This document shows, piece by piece, positions 1 to 8,949 of a stretch of DNA of 64,000 nt (positions within the stretch are counted from its first letter, which is position 1; each line of letters starts with the position of its first letter). The notes below the pieces were generated by a model. The model saw nothing but the letters and a program-made list of their open reading frames with translations. It made no database searches and was not told the DNA's origin. The position numbers and the translations under genes are program-made. Source of the stretch: Verrucomicrobiota bacterium (GTDB lineage Bacteria > Verrucomicrobiota > Verrucomicrobiia > Limisphaerales > CANJSG01); the NCBI GenBank assembly GCA_043744715.1, contig JAYTUE010000088.1, positions 4,462-68,461 on the forward strand, written 5' to 3'.

Positions 1-1176
1 GGCAACGGCTTCAAGTATTGCCGGCAGGTGAAGGAGAACCGGCTCCGAGTGCCCTTGACCAAGGTGGTGGTCACCACGGGCAGCGGCTACATGGCAGACC
101 GCATCGAAGCGGAAGAGGCCGGGGCCGATGCCTATCTGGTCAAGCCCCTTGAGATGGAGTCGTTGCAGACACTCCTCGCCGGTCTGGCCGACGGACCCGA
201 TGGCGGCGAGATCCAGCGGGACACGGTCGGGGTCATCGCGCCCGGGGTCACCCTGCGGTTCTGGGGCGTCCGAGGTTCCGTTCCCGTGCCTGGGGCTTCC
301 ACGGTCGAGTTCGGCGGCAACACGTCCTGCGTGGAAGTCCGCGCCGACGGCCAGCTGATCATCCTCGATGCCGGCACCGGCATCCGGCCCCTGGGCAACT
401 CCCTGGAGAAGGAGTTCCCCGGGCAGTCGCTCGATTTCACGATCCTGATCACGCACACCCACTGGGACCACATCCAGGGCTTCCCCTTTTTCCTGCCGGC
501 CTATTTCCCGAGCAACACCGTCCGAATCGTCGGGTTCGAGGGCGCGCGCCGCGGTCTTGAGCGCACCCTACTTTCCCAGATGGAGAGCCCGTATTTCCCG
601 GTCAGCATGCGGGAGATGCCCGGCAACATCGCCATCCGCGAACTCGGGGATCTGGACTTCAGCGTCGGACCGGTTCGCGTCCGCGCGGAGTTTCTCAACC
701 ACCCCGGCATCTGCACCGGCTACCGGCTCTTCACCAGCGCGGGATCGATCAGCTATCTTCCCGACGTGGAGCTCTTCCGCCGCTTCCGCGAGAACGTGGG
801 CGCGGGCCAGAACGACCTGGCCTATGCGGTGGAGAAGGATGAACGCCTCCGGGAGTTCATCGCCGGATCGGAGATCCTCATCTTCGACGGCCAATACGAC
901 GTGGAGGAATACCGTTCCCACGTCGGCTGGGGCCACAGCTGCTACGAGGACGTCGTCGAACTCGCCATCCAGGCCGGAGTAAAGCGTCTCTTCATCTTCC
1001 ACCATGATCCGGCCCATGATGACGCCTGGGTCCGGGCAATGGTCGATCACAGCCGGGAAATGGTTCGGGCCGCCGGCAGCCCGCTCCTGGTCGAGGCCGC
1101 GCGCGAGGGGCTGGCGGTCGAGCTTTCGGCGTCTACGATCACAGCCTGGGGCAAAGCCGCCGGGGCCTCCGCCTGA
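1..1176 (+). CDS. Response-regulator receiver domain (5' end outside window) fused to MBL-fold metallo-hydrolase
   Basis: Frame 1 is open from nt 1. GNGFKYCRQVKEN...AGADAYLVKPLEMESL matches the C-terminal half of a CheY-like receiver. It is followed by the beta-lactamase-fold motif ITHTHWDHIQG and a late HHD. Confidence 0.75.
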   Translation, partial: GNGFKYCRQVKENRLRVPLTKVVVTTGSGYMADRIEAEEAGADAYLVKPLEMESLQTLLAGLADGPDGGEIQRDTVGVIAPGVTLRFWGVRGSVPVPGASTVEFGGNTSCVEVRADGQLIILDAGTGIRPLGNSLEKEFPGQSLDFTILITHTHWDHIQGFPFFLPAYFPSNTVRIVGFEGARRGLERTLLSQMESPYFPVSMREMPGNIAIRELGDLDFSVGPVRVRAEFLNHPGICTGYRLFTSAGSISYLPDVELFRRFRENVGAGQNDLAYAVEKDERLREFIAGSEILIFDGQYDVEEYRSHVGWGHSCYEDVVELAIQAGVKRLFIFHHDPAHDDAWVRAMVDHSREMVRAAGSPLLVEAAREGLAVELSASTITAWGKAAGASA

Positions 1177-1213
1177 ATAAACCGCCCGGTCGGGGAGTCT
1201 CTTCCAGTTCGTA

Positions 1214-1230
1214 AGTATTCTCGAAATACT
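1214..1230. promoter_or_regulatory. AT-rich 17-nt palindrome AGTATT-CTCGA-AATACT upstream of the efflux operon (candidate operator)
   Basis: Perfect 6-bp arms read directly from the sequence. It sits in the 63-nt gap between the MBL gene stop and the tolC-like start. No T-tract follows, so it is unlikely to be a terminator. Confidence 0.3.
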
Positions 1231-1239
1231 GAAGCCGTT

Positions 1240-2976
1240 TTGAGACACATTCCACGTCATCGGATCCCTTCGCACCGCCGGAACCGCCTGCGGGCATTCC
1301 GGTGGCTCCCCGTCCTTGCCGGGATGCTCCTGCTCGCCGGCTGCACCTCCTCGTATCAGCGCAAGGCGGCCGACAAGGAAGCCTACGGCATCATCCAGCA
1401 GAAACAGCGGGCGGCCACCGGCTCCACCAACGCCTTCACCATCGACACGCCCTACTCCTCGCGGAAGCCCGGGGACATCAAGGCCGACGACATCCTCGCC
1501 CAGCGCTCCGGCGGCACCCCCCGGAAGATCAACCTCACCGATGCGCTCGATCTCGCACTGAAGAACAACCGCAGCTACCAATCGCGTAAGGAAACGGTCT
1601 ACCTCACCGCGCTGCAGCTCACGCGCGACCGCGACGAGTTCAAGCCCCGCCTCTTCGGATCCAGCTCCGCCCAGGCCATCCGCGACACCGCCGGCGTCCG
1701 CTACGGCACGATCGACAACCGCGTCAGCGCGTCCGCCCTGCTCAAGACGGGCGGACGCGTCGGCATCTCCGTGGCCAACGACTTCCTCCGCTACTTCACG
1801 GGCGATCCGAGGCCATCGGCGGCCTCCCGCGTTTCCGTCGACCTGTTCCAACCGCTCCTCCGCGGCGCCGGCCCGGCCATCGCGGCGGAAAGCCTCACCC
1901 AGTCCGAGCGCAACGTCGTCTACGAGGTCCGCAGCTTTTCCCAATACCAGATGCAGTTCGCGGTCGACATCGTCTCCGCCTACTTCCGCCTGCTCCAGCA
2001 GAAGGACGCCGTCCGCAACGAATACAACAACTACAACAACCTCGTCCTGGCCCGCGAACGCGCCGAAGCCCTGTCCCTCGACCGCCTGCCCGCCTTCCAG
2101 GTGGACCAGGCACGGCAGGACGAGCTCCGTGCCAAGATCCGCTACATCTCCACCGCCGAAAACTACGTCGCCGCCGTCGACCGGCTGAAGCTGCTGCTCG
2201 CCCTGCCTCTCGGCGAGGGGTTGATGCTTGAGGACGCCGATCTGGACGACCTCAAGAAACTCGGCCTGGAAGACATCCGGCTGTCCGACACCGAGGCCTT
2301 CACCTTCACCGTCCAGAAACGCCTCGACCTGTTGAACGAGATCGACCGCTTCGAGGATTCCAAGCGGCGCATCAAGGTGGCCGCCAATGCGCTGAAGGCC
2401 GACCTCAACTTCCTTGCCAGCGCCTCGCTGTCCTCGGACGAGGACTACAATCGTTTCGACATCAATAAATACAGGGCCAGCGCCGGGCTTGAACTGAACC
2501 TGCCCTTCTGGCGCCTCCGCGAACGCAACAGCTTCCGCTCGGCCCTGGTCTCCTTCGAGCGCCAGGTGCGTTCCCTGTCCCAGACCTTCGACGACACGAA
2601 GAACGAACTGCGGCAGGATCTCCGCGCCGTGCAGCAGGCCCGGCAGAATTTCGACATCCAGAAGCTCGCCGTCGAACTGGCGGACAAGCGCGTTGAATCC
2701 GTGGGCCTTCTGCTGCTTGCGGGACGGGCCCAGATCCGCGATCAGTTGGAGGCGGCAGCGGCGCAGGTCCAGGCCCGGAACGCCCTCACCCAGGCGCTGG
2801 TGGACTTCCATCTCGCCCGTTTGAATCTCCTGGTCGGCCTCGGCATCCTCGACACGGGCCCGGAAAAATTCTGGCTGGCCGATCAGAAAATCCCCGCATC
2901 TTCCGGCGATGTTCCGGGCCGGGCCAAACTGGATGCGGACGCCGTGATCCCGCCGGACAAGCTGTTCGGCAATTGA
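1240..2976 (+). CDS. TolC-family outer membrane efflux protein (lipoprotein-type signal LLLAGC)
   Basis: The lipobox LLAGC is followed by paired coiled-coil/beta repeats typical of OEP/TolC proteins (LTDALDLALKNNRSYQ..., LVDFHLARLNLLVGLG). It heads a MacAB-type operon. The start is uncertain: TTG at 1240 or ATG at 1324. Confidence 0.8.
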   Translation: MRHIPRHRIPSHRRNRLRAFRWLPVLAGMLLLAGCTSSYQRKAADKEAYGIIQQKQRAATGSTNAFTIDTPYSSRKPGDIKADDILAQRSGGTPRKINLTDALDLALKNNRSYQSRKETVYLTALQLTRDRDEFKPRLFGSSSAQAIRDTAGVRYGTIDNRVSASALLKTGGRVGISVANDFLRYFTGDPRPSAASRVSVDLFQPLLRGAGPAIAAESLTQSERNVVYEVRSFSQYQMQFAVDIVSAYFRLLQQKDAVRNEYNNYNNLVLARERAEALSLDRLPAFQVDQARQDELRAKIRYISTAENYVAAVDRLKLLLALPLGEGLMLEDADLDDLKKLGLEDIRLSDTEAFTFTVQKRLDLLNEIDRFEDSKRRIKVAANALKADLNFLASASLSSDEDYNRFDINKYRASAGLELNLPFWRLRERNSFRSALVSFERQVRSLSQTFDDTKNELRQDLRAVQQARQNFDIQKLAVELADKRVESVGLLLLAGRAQIRDQLEAAAAQVQARNALTQALVDFHLARLNLLVGLGILDTGPEKFWLADQKIPASSGDVPGRAKLDADAVIPPDKLFGN

Positions 2977-2979
2977 AGA

Positions 2980-4725
2980 ATGAGCATGAACCCATTGCTG
3001 CCCAAGCCCGCCGACCTGCGCCGTCGCGCGGCCGAACTTTTCACCCGGGCATGCGCGTGGTCGAAGCTGCATCCGCGCAGGGCCGCGGGCATCGGCGCCG
3101 GCCTTCTCCTGCTGCTGTTCGTCGTCTTCCGCAGTTTCGGCACCCGCGAACTTCCGGCCACGGCGTATTACACGGTCAAGAGGTCCGACTTCCTCATCTC
3201 CATCGTCGAGGGCGGCACCATCAAGTCCGTCCGCGAGCAGAGCGTCCGCAACGAGATGGAGGGCACCGCCCGCATCATCAGCATCGTCCCCGAAGGCACG
3301 ACCGTGAAACAGGGCGACCTGCTGGTGGAGCTGGATTCCTCGGACCTCCGCGAACGCGTCACCGCGCAGGAAGTGACCCTGCAGAACAGCCAGTTCGTCT
3401 TCGTCCAGGCCAAGGAAGCCGTCGGCATCCAGCGCAGCCTTGCCGACAGCAACATCAAGGAGGCCGAGCTGAAGGTGGAGTTCGCCAAGTCCGACCTCGA
3501 AAAATACAAGGAAGGCGACTACCCGCAGCAGACCAACGTCGTCTCGGCCAAGATCAAGATCGCCGGCGAAGAACTCGCCCGCGCCAAGGACCGCCTCAAC
3601 TGGACGCAGGAGCTCGCCAAGAAGGGCTACGCCACCAAGTCCGAGCTCGAGGCCGACCAGCTCGCCGTCCAGCGGAAGGAGATCGAAGTCGGTCAGACCT
3701 CCGAGGACCTGCGGCTGCTGGACAAGTATGACTATCCGAAACGCCTTCGCCTGCTCCAGTCCAACGTCGAACAGGCCGCCAAGGAACTGGAGCGCCTCAA
3801 GGCCCGCGTGGCTTCGCAGAAGGCCCAGGCCGACGCCGATCTCGAAGCGCGCCAGAAGACCCTGAACCTCCAAAACGAGCGCCTCGAACAGCTCAAGCAG
3901 CAGCTGGAGCTCACCAAAATCTACGCCCCGGACGAGGGCCTCGTCATCTACGCCTCCAGCCTGAATCCCGGCAACAGCGTGCTCATCGAGGAAGGCGCGA
4001 CCGTTCGCCAACGCCAGGAACTCATCAAGCTGCCGGATGTTTCCCAGATGATGGTCGAGGTGCGCGTCCACGAATCCCACGTCCAGAAGATCAAGCCGGG
4101 ACTCGACGCGTGGATCACCATCGACTCGATCCCCGACCGGCAGTTCCGTGGCAGCGTCCGCAAGGTCGCCGTCCTGCCCGATTCGAGCAGCCGCTGGTCG
4201 AACCCCAACCTCAAGGTCTACGCCACCGAGGTCCTCATCGAAGACCAGCTGCCCGACATCAAGCCCGGCGTCAGCGGCCGCGCAGAGATCATCATCACCA
4301 ATCTCCAGTCCGCCCTGACCATCCCGATCCAGGCCGTCACCACCGTGCGCGGGAAGCAGGTCTGTTTGGTGAAACGGGGTTCCAGCACGGAGCCCGTCCC
4401 CGTAGAAGTCGGCCTCTTCAACGACCGCCTCATCGAGGTGAAGGCCGGCCTGGTCGAAGGCGACCAGGTGCTGCTCTCGCCCTTGTCGGCCAGCGACAAC
4501 GTCGACATGAGCGGTTCCCTCTTCTCCGACGATGGCGACACCAACAGCCGCCCCGCCTTCAAGCGCGACGCCGAAGGCACGAACGGCGAGCCTGCCCGGG
4601 TCCATCCCGTCGCCCACGAACCCGCACGCACCAACCGTCGCCCGTCCTATTCGACCGCCCCGGACCCGGGTCAGGACAGCGGCTCGAAGAAACGTGAGCG
4701 CGGTCCGCGTTTGCCCCAGCCATGA
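2980..4725 (+). CDS. HlyD/MacA-family periplasmic adaptor (membrane fusion protein) with Pro/Arg-rich C-terminal tail
   Basis: N-terminal TM, a long coiled-coil hairpin (EAELKVEFAKSDLEKYKEG...LERLKARVASQKAQADADLEARQ) and a beta-barrel region (LTKIYAPDEGLVIY). Its stop overlaps the ATPase start by 4 nt. Confidence 0.85.
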   Translation: MSMNPLLPKPADLRRRAAELFTRACAWSKLHPRRAAGIGAGLLLLLFVVFRSFGTRELPATAYYTVKRSDFLISIVEGGTIKSVREQSVRNEMEGTARIISIVPEGTTVKQGDLLVELDSSDLRERVTAQEVTLQNSQFVFVQAKEAVGIQRSLADSNIKEAELKVEFAKSDLEKYKEGDYPQQTNVVSAKIKIAGEELARAKDRLNWTQELAKKGYATKSELEADQLAVQRKEIEVGQTSEDLRLLDKYDYPKRLRLLQSNVEQAAKELERLKARVASQKAQADADLEARQKTLNLQNERLEQLKQQLELTKIYAPDEGLVIYASSLNPGNSVLIEEGATVRQRQELIKLPDVSQMMVEVRVHESHVQKIKPGLDAWITIDSIPDRQFRGSVRKVAVLPDSSSRWSNPNLKVYATEVLIEDQLPDIKPGVSGRAEIIITNLQSALTIPIQAVTTVRGKQVCLVKRGSSTEPVPVEVGLFNDRLIEVKAGLVEGDQVLLSPLSASDNVDMSGSLFSDDGDTNSRPAFKRDAEGTNGEPARVHPVAHEPARTNRRPSYSTAPDPGQDSGSKKRERGPRLPQP

Positions 4726-5417
4726 GCCGCAGCGCCATCATCAGCATCAAAGGCCTCACCAAGGTCTTCAAGATGGGCGACTCCGAGGTCCATGCCCTGG
4801 CCGGCGTCGACCTCGACATCGAGGAAGGATCCTACGTCGCCATCATGGGGCCGTCGGGCTCCGGCAAATCCACGATGCTGAACATCCTCGGCTGCCTCGA
4901 CCGGCCGACGGCCGGCACCTACCACATCGGCGGCAAGGACGTCACGCATCTCAACGACGACGAACTCTCCAGCGTCCGCGGCGAACGCATCGGCTTCATC
5001 TTCCAATCCTACAACCTCATCGACCAGCTCACCGTCATCGAGAACATCCACGTCCCGCTCTTCTACCAGGGCAAGGACCTCGTCGAGTGCTGGAACCACT
5101 GCGAGGATCTCGCGAAACTCGTCGGGCTCGGGCAGCGCCTCGACCACCGGCCCAAGCAGCTTTCCGGCGGCCAACAGCAGCGCGTGGCCATCGCCCGTTC
5201 GCTGGTCAACGACCCGCTCATGATCCTCGGCGACGAGCCCACGGGTAACCTCGATTCCAAGACCGGCGCCGAAGTCCTCGATCTCATGGACCGCCTTCAT
5301 GCCGCCGGCAAAACCATCGTGATGGTCACCCACGGCGACGAGGTGGCCGGCCGCGCCCAGCGCGTCATCCACATGAAGGACGGAGCCATCGACCGCGAGG
5401 TCGTCAACCGCCGATGA
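4722..5417 (+). CDS. ABC transporter ATP-binding protein, MacB/LolD type
   Basis: Walker [10 protein letters not shown], signature [15 protein letters not shown] and Walker [13 protein letters not shown]. Confidence 0.93.
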   Translation: MSRSAIISIKGLTKVFKMGDSEVHALAGVDLDIEEGSYVAIMGPSGSGKSTMLNILGCLDRPTAGTYHIGGKDVTHLNDDELSSVRGERIGFIFQSYNLIDQLTVIENIHVPLFYQGKDLVECWNHCEDLAKLVGLGQRLDHRPKQLSGGQQQRVAIARSLVNDPLMILGDEPTGNLDSKTGAEVLDLMDRLHAAGKTIVMVTHGDEVAGRAQRVIHMKDGAIDREVVNRR

Positions 5418-6709
5418 GAGCCACCGTCCCACTCCGCCGGATCGTCGAGCTCGGCATCAAGAGCCTCCTGCTCCACAAGATGCGCTCCATCCTCACGATG
5501 CTGGGCATCATCTTCGGCGTGTGCAGCGTCATCGCCATGCTCGCGATCGGCGAAGGCGCCTCCTACGAGGCCCAGCAGGCCATCAAGCAGCAGGGCAGCG
5601 CCAACATCATCATCCGCAGCGTCAAGCCGGCCGAAGGCGGCAGCTCCTCCGGCTCCAGCGGCCGCAGCACGGCCATGGAATACGGCATCACCTACAAGGA
5701 CGCCGGCCGCATCCAGAACACCCTGCCCGGCATCCGCCGCGTGCTCGCGGCGCGCATCATCCGCGATGAGATCCGGGCCGGTGAAGTGGCCTTTCCCTGC
5801 CAGATCATCGGCACCCATCCCATTTACCAGGAGATCAGCAATCTCGAGATCCTCCGCGGCCGCTTCCTCGGCCAGATCGACGAGACCTACATGAACAACG
5901 TCGGCGTCATCACCGCCAGCCTCGCGGAACGACTCTTCCCCTCGACCGATCCCTTGACCCAGCAGGTGAAGGTCGGCGCCGACTATTACCAGGTCATCGG
6001 CATCGTCCGTGAACGCGGCCTGGAGCAGAAACGCACCCAGTCCGGCGGCGGCAACGAAGGCCAGCCGCTCGACAGCAACCTCTACATCCCGCTCTCCACC
6101 GCCCGGTCTCGCTTCGGCGAAACCATCATCCGCCGCAGCGCCGGCAGCTTCCAGGCCGAGCGCGTCCAGCTCCACCAGCTCACCGTGCAGATGGACGACC
6201 CGGATCTCGTCGAGAGCGCCGCCGACCAGATCAACGCGATCCTCGTGAAATTCCACGAGAAGAAGGACTACGAGATGATCGTTCCGCTCCTCCTGCTCAA
6301 ACAGGCCGAGGAGGCGAAGCGCCGGTCCAACATCGTCCTCGGCTCCATCGCCGCCATCTCCCTCATCGTCGGCGGCATCGGTATCATGAACATCATGCTC
6401 GCCACCGTGACCGAACGCACCCGCGAGATCGGCATCCGCCGCGCGCTCGGCGCCCGCAAGCGCGACATCGTCACCCAGTTCCTCGTCGAGACCGTCGTCC
6501 TCTCCGTCGGCGGCGGACTCATCGGCGTCGTGCTGGGGATCATCCTGCCCTTCGTCGTCACAGCGCTCTACGGCATGAAGGCCATCATCACCTGGTGGTC
6601 ACCCCTGCTCGCCTTCGGCATCTCCGCGCTCGTCGGCGTCGTCTTCGGCCTCTACCCCGCCAGCCGCGCCGCCGAGCTCAGCCCCATCGAAGCCCTCCGC
6701 CGCGACTAA
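5414..6709 (+). CDS. ABC transporter permease, MacB/FtsX family
   Basis: N-terminal TM, a large periplasmic domain and a C-terminal FtsX-type 3-TM bundle (TERTREIGIRRALGARKRDI). 4-nt overlap with the ATPase gene. Confidence 0.9.
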   Translation: MRATVPLRRIVELGIKSLLLHKMRSILTMLGIIFGVCSVIAMLAIGEGASYEAQQAIKQQGSANIIIRSVKPAEGGSSSGSSGRSTAMEYGITYKDAGRIQNTLPGIRRVLAARIIRDEIRAGEVAFPCQIIGTHPIYQEISNLEILRGRFLGQIDETYMNNVGVITASLAERLFPSTDPLTQQVKVGADYYQVIGIVRERGLEQKRTQSGGGNEGQPLDSNLYIPLSTARSRFGETIIRRSAGSFQAERVQLHQLTVQMDDPDLVESAADQINAILVKFHEKKDYEMIVPLLLLKQAEEAKRRSNIVLGSIAAISLIVGGIGIMNIMLATVTERTREIGIRRALGARKRDIVTQFLVETVVLSVGGGLIGVVLGIILPFVVTALYGMKAIITWWSPLLAFGISALVGVVFGLYPASRAAELSPIEALRRD

Positions 6710-6839
6710 GCGGAAATCCTGCCGGGCAAAGTCGCGACGGGTCCGAGGTTCAGGTGGCAGCGCGAAGGCTCCGGCCGAGCCGCCTCTTTATAGAAATCTG
6801 ACATCCAGCAGCACGGGATGGCCGTCGAGGTGGCGCGGC

Positions 6840-7580
6840 CTACCGGCGGCCGTCATACCACATGGAGCATTCGTCGCGGCTGGAGGCGGTCTTCATCGGG
6901 CGGAAGATGGACTTGATGAAGAAGCGGCCCATCTCGCCCTTGCTGTATAGCTTCAGCTTGCGGGCGGAGGTGCGGAGGGGATGGCGATGCAGGATGACCG
7001 TCCGCTGGTTCTCGCGCCGGCCCACCCGCTTCTGGAGACGCAGGGCCAGGTCGAGTTCCTCACCGGCGAAAAACTTCAGGTCGAACCCGCCCACTTCGCG
7101 GAACGCCGCCGTGCGGACGAGGATGAACGATCCGGCCACGAGCCGCCGGATGCGGCTGACGGTGTTCCACACGCCGCACACCGCCCTTGCGGCCAGGCCT
7201 CCGTCGTCGAGAGCCACGGTGGCTCCGGCCAGGAGCACATCGCGACGGCGGGTCAGCTCGACCACGTCGGCCAGCAGCTCGCGGGACGGCTGGGAATCGG
7301 CGTCGATGAAGAGGAGCCATTCGCCTGAGGCGGCGGCGGCGCCGGTGTTGCGCGCGCGGCCGATCTGGTTGACGGACTCGAAGACGACCTTGGCACCCTC
7401 GCTGCGGGCGATCTCGGCGGTGCGGTCGGTGGAGTTGTTGTCGCAGACGACGAGTTCCCAACCGAGCCCGGCTTCGCAAATGGCCCCCGCCGCCGCCTTC
7501 ACAGCCCGGAGCGAGTCGGCGATGAGCCGTTCCTCGTTGAAGGCGGGGACAACGATGGAGATGGCCAACGGCTGCGACAT
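6840..7580 (-). CDS. Family 2 glycosyltransferase
   Basis: ISIVVPAFNEE...VVCDNNSTDRT...FIDADS is a GT-A/GT2 signature. The start was trimmed to the ATG at 7580 (MSQPLAIS), because the upstream 29 codons look non-coding. Confidence 0.85.
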   Translation of the reverse strand: MSQPLAISIVVPAFNEERLIADSLRAVKAAAGAICEAGLGWELVVCDNNSTDRTAEIARSEGAKVVFESVNQIGRARNTGAAAASGEWLLFIDADSQPSRELLADVVELTRRRDVLLAGATVALDDGGLAARAVCGVWNTVSRIRRLVAGSFILVRTAAFREVGGFDLKFFAGEELDLALRLQKRVGRRENQRTVILHRHPLRTSARKLKLYSKGEMGRFFIKSIFRPMKTASSRDECSMWYDGRR

Positions 7581-7697
7581 GGACCGAAGGGTTCGCCCCA
7601 GCGGAGGGAAGTCAACCGCCGGGCATTGCCGCGGCCATGAATTCATCCACGAGGACACGAAGATCACCAGGTGCGGCGGAGCTTGGGATGAGTGCCC

Positions 7698-7753
7698 CTT
7701 CGTGTTCTTCGTGGATGAACACCCTCTGGCCGGGCGAGGACGCCCGGCCTACG
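7698..7753. repeat. 56-nt REP-like direct repeat, copy A, containing hairpin GGCCGGGCG-agga-CGCCCGGCC
   Basis: Identical to 7831..7886 except for one C/T difference. It carries a perfect internal 9-bp stem. It lies in the divergent GT2/hldD intergenic region. Confidence 0.85.
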
Positions 7754-7830
7754 GCGGCTCGGCAGGAGTCATCGCCCTACCGGTGCTGCCTCAGCGTTGG
7801 TCTGCGTGCTTTGCGTCATCTGCGGTCGGG

Positions 7831-7886
7831 CTTCGTGTTCTTCGTGGATGAACATCCTCTGGCCGGGCGAGGACGCCCGGCCTACG
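7831..7886. repeat. 56-nt REP-like direct repeat, copy B
   Basis: cttcgtgttcttcgtggatgaacaTcctctggccgggcgaggacgcccggcctacg matches copy A at 55 of 56 positions. It lies 77 nt downstream of copy A. Confidence 0.85.
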
Positions 7887-7949
7887 AATGCTCAGGCCAC
7901 TTCCCGCTTTCGCCGATCCCGGCGGGGACCGTAATCTCTTCCCACTGAC

Positions 7950-8888
7950 ATGAAGAACATCCTCGTGACCGGCGCCGCCGGGTTCATCGGCTCGAACCTC
8001 ACCCTCAAGCTCCAGGAGCTCCATCCCGATGCCCGCATCGTGGCGATGGACGACTTCCGCTCCGGCAGCTTCAAGAACCTCCAGGGCTTCAAGGGCGACT
8101 TCGTGGCGGCGGACCTGTCGAGGCTGGATTGGCAGAAGCAGTTCAAGGACATCGCCTTCGACGCCATCTTCCACGAGGCCTCGATCACCGACACGACCGA
8201 GCACGACCAGTTCCTCCAGTCGCACGACAACATCGAGGCCTTCCGCCGGCTGCTGGAATTCGCCGAACCGCATCTCACCCCGATCGTCTATGCGTCCTCC
8301 GCCGCGACCTACGGCATTTCCTCCACGGCCGAGGTGAACCGCGAGGACCAGCCGCCCGCCCCCGCCAACGTCTACGCCTTCACCAAAGTGCAGCTCGACA
8401 ACCTCGGCCGCGCCGCCGCCCGGAAGAGCCCCGCCTGGCGCATCGTCGGCCTGCGCTACTTCAACGTCTACGGACCGCGCGAGCCGCACAAGAAGGCGGC
8501 CGCGAGCATGATCTACCAGCTCTACACCCAGATGAAGATGGGCAAGCGCCCGCGCGTGTTCCGCGGCGGCGAACACAAGCGCGACTTCGTCTACGTGAAG
8601 GACGTGGTGGCCCTAACCATCCGCGCCGCGAGCGCGCCCAAGGCCGCCATCTACAACTGCGGTTCCGGCGTCGCATTCTCGTTCAACGAGATGATCGCCG
8701 AGCTGAACAGGAATCTCGGAACGAACCTCGAACCCGATTACATCGACAATCCCTACGCCTTCTACCAGCCGCACACCGAGGCGGACATGACGAAGGCCCG
8801 GGTCGAGCTCGGCCATGTGCCCGCGTTCCCGCCGGTCAAGGGCATCGCCGACTACGTGGGCATCCTCGAAGGCAAACAGGCGGCTTAG
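7950..8888 (+). CDS. hldD: ADP-L-glycero-D-manno-heptose 6-epimerase-like SDR (NAD-dependent epimerase)
   Basis: VTGAAGFIGSN, FHEASITDTTE, YASSAATYG, RYFNVYGPREPHK and KRDFVYVKDV are collinear with E. coli HldD/RfaD as I recall it. Confidence 0.7.
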   Translation: MKNILVTGAAGFIGSNLTLKLQELHPDARIVAMDDFRSGSFKNLQGFKGDFVAADLSRLDWQKQFKDIAFDAIFHEASITDTTEHDQFLQSHDNIEAFRRLLEFAEPHLTPIVYASSAATYGISSTAEVNREDQPPAPANVYAFTKVQLDNLGRAAARKSPAWRIVGLRYFNVYGPREPHKKAAASMIYQLYTQMKMGKRPRVFRGGEHKRDFVYVKDVVALTIRAASAPKAAIYNCGSGVAFSFNEMIAELNRNLGTNLEPDYIDNPYAFYQPHTEADMTKARVELGHVPAFPPVKGIADYVGILEGKQAA

Positions 8889-8949
8889 GGAAGGCGGGGG
8901 CATTCCGGCTCTGGACCTCTGCCGCGCGTCCGTTAAGATTCCACAACTT

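Noticed and set aside
568-4617. 1349-aa ORF on the minus strand spanning the MBL, tolC-like and macA-like genes
   Set aside because: It is antisense to three genes with clear family signatures. Its translation is a Gly/Asp/Ala/Leu/Val/Arg-rich string without motifs. This is a typical high-GC shadow ORF.
7698-7886. Possible mini-CRISPR (two identical 56-nt repeats with a 77-nt spacer)
   Set aside because: There are only two copies. The repeat length is atypically long. No cas genes lie nearby. A related, rearranged copy occurs elsewhere (41.8 kb), which fits a dispersed REP-like element.
7637-7948. 103-aa ORF running through both 56-nt repeats (encodes FFVDEHPLAGRGRPAY twice)
   Set aside because: The duplicated peptide is just the translation of the REP-like DNA repeats. 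There is no start context and no family resemblance.
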